A stretch of 64,000 nucleotides of DNA, from assembly GCA_003344405.1 (NCBI GenBank), contig NOWV01000116.1, forward strand, positions 62,001-126,000, in the 5' to 3' direction. Positions within the stretch are counted from its first letter, which is position 1, and each line of letters begins with the position of its first letter. The notes under the pieces were generated by a model. It was not told where the DNA came from and did not search any database. It saw nothing but the letters and a program-made list of their open reading frames with translations. The position numbers were made by a program, and so were the translations under genes. Source of the DNA: Trichoplax sp. H2 (lineage: Eukaryota). This document shows positions 53,284 through 64,000 of the stretch, one piece after another.

Positions 53284-55504
53284 ACGCCTGGTACCGCACT
53301 CTACCGTACGGTACCGTAATCGACTTGAAACACTATATCACTTTTGGCGGGATAATCTGTTTATGTCCGCAATTGCGCGCGAATATTGACCAATTGCCTT
53401 CCTTCAAGGTACGTGAAATATGCAGGTCAATGCCCTTTTATATTGTTCTCCAGGCGGAAAATGAACCAATACAATGCAGATGCAATATCAGTCATTCACC
53501 AATGCAACACTGAATATGCATTTTATTTATTTTCTATCCACTTCCAGCAAAACAAAGTAGAGTACTAGACCGTCTGCATACGTATTTATTTTAGTAATTG
53601 ATTGACGGGCATATTTTCGCGGTTTTTAACGCTAGCTTCCATTCATTGCATCCTCTGCCTCAGACTCGCAGTACTTTGGATCTACAACTGCCATGACTTA
53701 TGCTAAATGAGTAAAAAACATCATTGCTTTAGCATTGACTCTACTGGACCAAAATAATAGCTCTATTTCGCTCACCGATCCGTATAAATAATCCAATCCA
53801 TCATGCAAATTAAAGTCATGCTAACGTACGAGTGCCACTGAATTACTCATCAAATAGATACCGTATCGATATGACAATATACAGGCTGTGCTGTACATAC
53901 TGTTCAATGATCATGATACGCCTTTTCCTGTATAGAATTATGTATGATGATGTCTGCATGATTCAACGACGTAGAAATGCGATCCATTGGATACTGCATG
54001 TCGATGAATCCAACGCCAGATCGTCAATGTATAGCTAATCTCCAACTGAATACTATATTGCAAATATTCAGTCTGCCTTTGATGGTTGATTTCCAACTAG
54101 GCAGGAAAAGGTGCCTTGATTGGACTACAAACTGTACTGTATGCAAGTGTATGTACACATGTACAGTATGTTATGACACAAGTCGACTGAAAATCGCATC
54201 ATACAGTAAAACTAACACGTCTAATATAGACTGTACAGTACTCCTAGACAGTGTAAAATACAACCATTCCACTTGCGACACAGTTTTTACCCGCCAAAGA
54301 GTGGAAAAGCCACTGTACAATACAGTCATGCAGTACTTGCAAGTGGACTATATATAGAGAATGAAATGATAGGACGTCCTGCTCCACCTCTCACCACAGC
54401 AGAGAAAAAAAAAAGGAGGAAGAAAAAAGGCTATTCGGTGCAACATACAGGTAATGCCTGAATTGGTAAATATATTGACAGGAAATAATACTGCCAGCTC
54501 GTTAATCACTTTGTGACATTGACATCCCAACCAACCAACCAACCAACTATGCAAAATGAAAGAAATTGAAGGAGAGCAAAACTTTTTGCTTGCTTGTCAA
54601 TAATGCTCATTAATTTCATTTTAAACCGACGTCAGCAGGGAAGTACTGCCTTGCCCCTTTGGTCTCTACACGTCGATTATGCTGGTGGATTTTGTCGGAA
54701 TGACATAGAAGCATCCACAAAATGATCATTCCATTCGATCTTGGCAGATATACAATCCTAATTTGGCTGCTCTGAAAGACTCTACATTACAAGCGCAATG
54801 TTGGTGCTATAGTATATGGCAAATGATAAGAATGGATTGAATGTTTTCTTACATGCAATACGGTAGAACTACCACTGTATCGGTATCGTTGTGACCGCAT
54901 GCACAATTTAGTCATAGCATTTTTCAAGGCTAAAAACAGTGACTAAAATGATGCGGTATTATGATTATTTTTTGTGCGTACATGTAAGCTACATAGCATG
55001 AGCACGTTAAGGAAGCACAGTGGTGCATGACGTTAGAAAATAAGGCAATAATTTTCCAGACCAGTTTTCTTAGCAGTATTGAAAGGTGTTTGAAATGAAA
55101 CTCTACAAAATGAGATTAATTGCATAGGTTAGCTAGGTAAGGTGGAGGGCAAGAACATGGCCTCGATTAAAGCCGCATGAGATACGTTTGCAAAGCAAAT
55201 AAACCGTTTGTGGTTATTTCTAGTAGTCTAAGGCTAATTTTATCTGAAGCCAGCAAAATGCATATCCCTCTCTCTGTGTCAGCACTGTAGTGATGATACG
55301 CCTACTGTTTGATGAGACGGTTATTATCATTTTAGTGTTGCATACTGTCCCAGGATTGTAAACCTAGTACCGATTACAACAGTAGAATTGACTTCGTGCA
55401 GTACAATATCCCTGTTCAATAATGATACAATATGGATACAAGCAAATAAGAGTCGCAATTACTAGACAACTATTAGAGTGGTCGAGTTTATCGCACGCAC
55501 ACCT

Positions 55505-55567
55505 ATCTCTAATAAATGAACAGTTCTTCAATTCACATATCTCTAATAAACGAACAGTTCTTGAATT
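55505..55567. repeat. ~34 bp tandem repeat, 2 copies
   Basis: atctctaataaa(t/c)gaacagttctt(c/g)aatt twice. Confidence 0.8.
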
Positions 55568-56957
55568 GAGCCCATCAAATATCATGAAATACTTTATTCT
55601 CATTTATCACAACAAGTGTTAACCTACTGCAGTAAATGCTCCGATGTTACCTATTTACAGTATCTTCAATGTGAGATTAACTTAATATAGAGTATACGGG
55701 TGCATACATCATATCCAATAATGTCTGCAAGTATGCAAAGCACATATTTAGGAAAGAAGAATCACATACTCGTATAGAGTATGTCCATACGTACTAAATA
55801 TAGACGACTACAGCGTACGGGTTGAGCTCACGTTCGGTATACGGTACTTCGTCCACTGTGTATATACAATCTATATGTACTTATACTTTTACATTATCCC
55901 TGTCACTGGGCATATATGCATGTTACATATGGCTTATTAATCTGATTATTCCATGTACAGTATGCGTATTTATATTTATTTTAGATTTATACATATGATA
56001 TTATTGCATTGGCCTTTAATTATGTAACTAAATAACTTTATTGTTGTATTTTCCTCTTTAGGTCGGCTTCTAAATGTTTCTGCTTCACTGACGTCTGCAA
56101 TATGCAACATGTAGGAAAGATACTGAGTGTATAAATCCAAAGTATAATATCTTTAGTGGTAGCAGTTTCATGTAGCTAGTCAGTATCACAGAATCGGATG
56201 TACCGTCATCATTGATAACTTAGTATTATAGTTATATAATTCGTGTAGTCCTACTAGTCGTATTAGTTTTGCAAGTGTTAGATCTAGTATCATGGTCTGT
56301 TCTTTTCTAAAGCATGAAACAGAAGTTCATTTATTCAAATACAATCGTCAAGCATAAACAGATTTTGGAGACGGAAACCTATCTATCTACTGAGCGATTT
56401 TTCTACATAAATTATTAGTTGGCGTCATTTTGTAATTACTGTAGTAACATCGAAAGATTAAAATTAGTGGTGAAGAATTGAATCAATACTGTACCGTGTG
56501 CAACTAGGTAAAAATTCCTCTCGAGATTGAGGACTTTCATCGTTGCAAATACTGTAATTTGGCAGTAACTTTCAACAGTAAACATTACTGTACAATTGAA
56601 ATTTATAGTACAGTCTAAAATACTTCTTGTTTATAGTATTTAAAAGATAAGAAAGACAACATCATTACTTGTCTTAATATCGCTCTGTGGCTATTGTCAG
56701 TGTAATCGAGCTTCATTAATTAGACAAAAGTTCTCGAAATTGTATCTTTGGATACATCACTGAAGTGATTCACTACGTAAGAAGCATTATACCACGCAGA
56801 ACCTTTAGCGATAATCAAAGCGACGTCTTCTAAACGCTACTCGGATTTGACACGTGTGAAGTGGAAGGATAAAGTCAATTCTACTACTTGGACGCTGAAA
56901 AATTACATATTACGTGTATTCAGTAACAATTCCTTAGAATTTAAAAAATTATAAGAT

Positions 56958-59503
<2,546 letters not shown>

Positions 59504-60151
59504 TGAAATCTTATTATTTCTGTATTTCTAACTATTCCAACGAACTATCGTTGTAGCTATTATTTCTTATCATGCATAAAAGACCAAAGAATGGTACTTA
59601 ATAGGCTTATTTCAATTGTCGAAATTGTTGCACGGTTTGATTATAAGATAGTAGTACCGTATAACATTCTTGTGTGTATATTAAATCAATTGCCAAGGTT
59701 TCGGCTCATATTTTATCATTTCCCTTATATAAATGCTGTATATGTGCCAATGTTTATTGTGCAACAAGATATACCTAAATCTTGAATGTACAATTACTAT
59801 GTTTGCCTATGAATTTTAAATCTTATATTGTTGTCGCATTTCTTCGATAGTGAATACCACCAAAAATCCTTTGCAGGATATGCTCGATTGACGAATATTT
59901 TATTAATGCTCAAATGAGACAATTACATAGAAAAATACTAACTTAAGATACAGTGGTTGAACAGGTGTACTGCTTAACGTACGTAAGGCGTCAAGTTATT
60001 GCAGTCCCAAAGTAAAGTATATTTTTATACAAGAGAATAGTATCTTATTGCTAATAAAATTTGCTGTTTAATGCAATTATGAAAAATTAGTGAACGTGAA
60101 ATCATTTCACAAACTCCTGTATAGATGAAAGCCGGTATCATCAAGATAAAA

Positions 60152-62495
60152 TTAATTATTCTTGTTTGCACTCTTGTCGGTCTCAATTGATTTATCATTT
60201 ACCGATTCTGTAGAAGGAGCTTTTCCGTCCTTGCCATGTTTTGTTTTTCCCCTCCTATTCGTTCCACTGCTGTCCTAAAACATTTCAGTATTAACAATGA
60301 TTCTCTTGATTATTAACGTGTAAAGAACAGAAAATGGAACATATAGTACTAGATGTTCCCCCTAAATGTTCCAACCTCATGCTTTCTGAGCGATTCAAAT
60401 GAAAATGTAGTAGGACCATCATTAACTAACGAAACCTGGCCAGTTGATCCAAAGATATTGGCTGTAATTATAAATATTTTCAGTCTTTAATACTTCTGAA
60501 TCTGAATGCTTCCTTTTTAACCACATAAACTCATGAACATAAGTTGGGAGTATATTAAGTGCATTATAATCGCCTAAATGATTCAAACATATAAAGAATG
60601 ACAAAATTTTCGTCTCTTCTGTTATACGTTCAGAGCCTATGCTTACACTTTATCCTTTCTTCCAAGTACTGTGATTTGATCGCAGTCAAAAACTTTTCGA
60701 ACAGTTCCTTCGATTTCTCCGGTGGCATACAGTTGTTAAAAGCCGGTTTGGCACCTTTGAATGCAGCAATTAAAGTATACTGTCCAACGAGAAATATACT
60801 ACGAATTAATACGACGATCTACAATTACATCAAATTTGTAATGACAACAAAATAACTGTTTGCTTAGCTCAATTTTAAAAAAAATATCCTTAGGCAAGTA
60901 TTTTAATTACTGAATTATACAACAGTTATCTATAATAGGACTGCATATGCCGAAATGCTTTTACTACCGCGAACTAGAACAAGTGTTTTTATCTATAAAA
61001 TGCCATAGTAAATATTCAAAGTTCCATTTAAATAATATCAAGTAAATGAGTACAGCAATTCTCAATTCGCTCTGATCGCTGTTAATACCTGACTGACACA
61101 TAATATTTCATAGTTCATTTCCTTAACATTTCTTTCCCATAGTTTATCTTCATCATTAAAGACTCGTATCGTTAAAAGTCTTTTAACACTGCAAAAGCAT
61201 TTAACACAGTATTAGTGTTAGCACTCACCAATAATCAAATAGTCTTTCAACCGTAATAAAGATGTTATAACCTACAGATAATCAATATCTTTTTCTGAGT
61301 CATCCTTTCCGATACCAATAAATGCCACTAATCCAGGGCCAATCGAACTTATTAGATCATTGCCGACTGTGATAGATGAATGAATATAGACTTATTAGCT
61401 CGGACAGTATCAATAATGTTTTATATTACAAAATGGCACTCGTAGCAAATCAATATACCCGATAAAGTAATATTTTAAAAACATGTTAGAATTCGAAGTG
61501 GAATACTGCGTTGTGGAGCGCAAATGAGAAGATAATATAGTTGGTATTTTTATAGATTGAAAGCATTAAAATTTATAAATAGATAATGCAGTCTATGCAT
61601 AGAGATATTACTAGGAAGCTGCAGTTATCGATACAGAAAGTATGGGCCACTATAAGAAATAGATACACCACGCATTAACTATACGTTATTATCTTCAATG
61701 AATTATAGAGGTATAAGAAAATACTACGCTTGTATTTGCTACTACCAGAGACTGACATGAATAATATGTATATTATACAAGTCAGGGTATGCTAGCAACG
61801 CCATTGTAAACTTCGAACTACACTAACTGTGAGAGTTTATATAACGTAGTCAAAAATATCAATAAACCGCTCAACACTAAAGTCTCGACGTGGAGAATTT
61901 ACATATCGTACTGTAGTAGAAGTATTTTATATCAACACAGACCATAGCATTGAACTGTACAATATACTGTACATGCAGACAGGGTAATCCATAACATCAC
62001 ATCTTCTACAGTAAATGATAACGTTATTGAGTATTGATGCACTTTTAGTTGCACTTTAGCAAAGCCTTGATTGCACATGAAAGTATCTTTACAATCAAAA
62101 AGCTCCAATACCTAGCTAAGGGTTAGCACTAAAGCAAGAGTTATCTGATATTATTTCAGCTTTAAATTATTACTACTTGGAAGGGTATTTGTTTCAATCC
62201 TGCGTCAGTAAAAGCGAGCCAGTTAACGATCAAAACTTTGACGCGATTTCTATTGGAATGTCATTAATCATCATACACTTATTACATCCTAGACTACTAG
62301 ATGATAGTCCTATCTAGTGGTCCATAGACTCTATGGCAGAATATTCAACTATATTAAACTGTACAATGTACATTCATTACTGTCATGAAATTGCCAATAT
62401 GATCGGAGTATGCACCCTAAACATTGTGCAATGTATATTTGCGTATACGTACTTGTTACACGAGCTTCTGTTACACGCTGTACAAGAGCTTTCAT
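60152..62495 (-). CDS. DTD1: D-aminoacyl-tRNA deacylase 1-like (191 aa, 6 exons)
   Basis: Exons 62453-62495, 61276-61366, 61089-61188, 60647-60779, 60376-60461 and 60152-60274 join in frame. MKALVQRVTEARVT, ISSIGPGL, EILCVSQYTL, LVNDGPTT, charged C-terminal tail. Confidence 0.9.
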
Positions 62496-63395
62496 GATGA
62501 AATTTGTAACACTGGACAGATTAATTAATAAAGCTCCATCTAGCCTTCTTCAACGCTTCTATTTAACATTCAAGAAATAGATGAAATAGAAGCAGCGATA
62601 TTACATCATTATAAAACTCGTATGCTACCAGATCCCACTCCAAGTCTGTTACCACGGCTACAGCGCTGATTCATGGCTGAGTGCTGACTGCTGAGAGTGC
62701 GTGCAGCCATGGTCCAAGAAGAAGACCAGAACGGATCACTCTTGGACGGACAGACATTGTCGCCATCATCTCGTTAAAATGTTAGGCCAAGCACTTCGTT
62801 ATAGGCGTGCCTTAGTATGCAGTCGGTGGGTTTGAATTAGCTGACGTTTTCTCAATCAAGTCATGTTCCATTGAATCTTACTATCGGTTACAAATTTCAG
62901 CTTGAAAACAGTTATATAAGGTCTTGGACGCTATTTCTCTGAGTGATTTAGAAAACAGACACGGAAGATCCATACTAAGTACAGTAGTCATTTTTGGCCT
63001 CATTGGGTCAGAATAGTCCGTCTGTCTGATCGTAATGTAGTAACTGTACCATGGACTCTAGTATCGACTGTCCACTACAGTACCAGTGCCCAGTAGTACA
63101 GTACAGTACTGTACACTGTACACTCAGTACAATGTCCATGCATTGAGCAAGACAAGGTTGATTGATTTTATTTCAAAGTAGGTTAGAGCAGAAAGCCTGG
63201 CAAGGAAATATCAACACTAATTCTAACTTCTTTCTTGCTTGTAATTGCATTGAAATCGATAAGCTTCGACTTGCCAACATTCGTGGTAGTCCATAGAGGT
63301 TAATGACAGTGGAAAGAGATCGTGCTTGCATCATTGCATTGAACCAAAAACACCCTTGAGCTCGTCGCTACTTTGATAGATAGAAAAGATCAAGG
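62496..63395. promoter_or_regulatory. Probable bidirectional promoter between DTD1 and PEX12
   Basis: Head-to-head start codons 900 bp apart, with a TACAGTAC-dense patch at about 63040-63135. Function inferred from position only. Confidence 0.55.
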
Positions 63396-63515
63396 ATGGC
63401 TTCCTTCTCGGCCAATTTTATGCAACAAAACTACTTAAGGCCTTCACTATTCGAGTTGGTCGCACAAAATAGTATGATAACTGCTTTAAGGCCTGCTATA
63501 AATTATGCATTAAAG
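63396..63515 (+). CDS. PEX12: Peroxin-12, first coding exon only (the rest is presumably beyond the window)
   Basis: MASFSANFMQQNYLRPSLFELVAQNSMITALRPAINYALK followed by AAG|GTGAG. Matches the PEX12 N-terminal PSIFEVVAQxSxxxAxRPA pattern. Confidence 0.85.
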
Positions 63516-64000
63516 GTGAGAGTGTAAAATTGATTTACTGTAATGCTGGATAATAATAATCCATTTCCACCGACTTGTCTTCGTCTTTTCACCATTCGTG
63601 TTCGATTCAATCGTTTCCATTCCTTCCCGTCTTGTAATCTAATCGGCACTTTCAATGCAATATTGGCCTACAAATTCCTTGCTTTCCTATTTGGACTCAT
63701 TTTATCTTTTTCATCAGTAGCTCTGTTGAAATAATGAATTAGAGAGTGTTACGTATTAGTAATCATACGTTATGGATTGAAAACACGTAGCTGGTAATCG
63801 CATAATACCATTGAAGGCACCTTACTGCAGTATTTACATTACAATATCTCACTATCAAACAGCGCAACATCTTGGCTGGTTTTATCCTTTTCATCCATAG
63901 TGCTAGTAAAATGTAAATGTAAGCCTTGGTAATGGATCAAGATTGAAAATACTTGCCAATGTTATGCTAAACATAAGATTAGTAGATCTTCAATTGCCAA

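Noticed and set aside
51320-55622. Many 60-126 aa ORFs between ACVR2 and CDK
   Set aside because: Mostly T/V/Q/Y/C-biased translations of low-complexity TACAGT-rich DNA, on both strands, with no coherent gene structure.
60422-60604. ORF suggesting a longer DTD1 exon from an acceptor at ~60573
   Set aside because: That frame stops at 60422 and loses the NDGP motif. The acceptor at 60461 gives the conserved frame.

Overview
AT-rich eukaryotic genomic DNA with compact GT-AG introns. Gene content and intron sizes suggest an early-branching animal such as the placozoan Trichoplax (inference only). The left ~35 kb is a head-to-tail tandem array on the minus strand of an uncharacterised gene family: five intact copies (A-E) and at least three decayed remnants. 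The ORF track shows each copy as a short plus a long ORF. In all five I could join these through one phase-2 GT-AG intron into a single ~870-960 aa protein. Each protein has a signal peptide, a Cys-rich ectodomain, about 8-9 hydrophobic segments, a soluble domain with a CxxxCxxC motif, a YRRGY motif and a variable tail, which in four copies ends near an acidic-dileucine-type motif. I do not recognise the family; it is the main candidate novel system. The right part holds conserved multi-exon genes: NOG1/GTPBP4 (-), an activin type II receptor (-), a CDK2-like kinase with PSTTLRE instead of PSTAIRE (+), a DTD1 with altered signature motifs (-) and the first exon of PEX12 (+). Their upstream regions share a TACAGTAC/CCATGGAC-rich composition, two of them with local tandem repeats. 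All gene models were read by eye; no searches were run.
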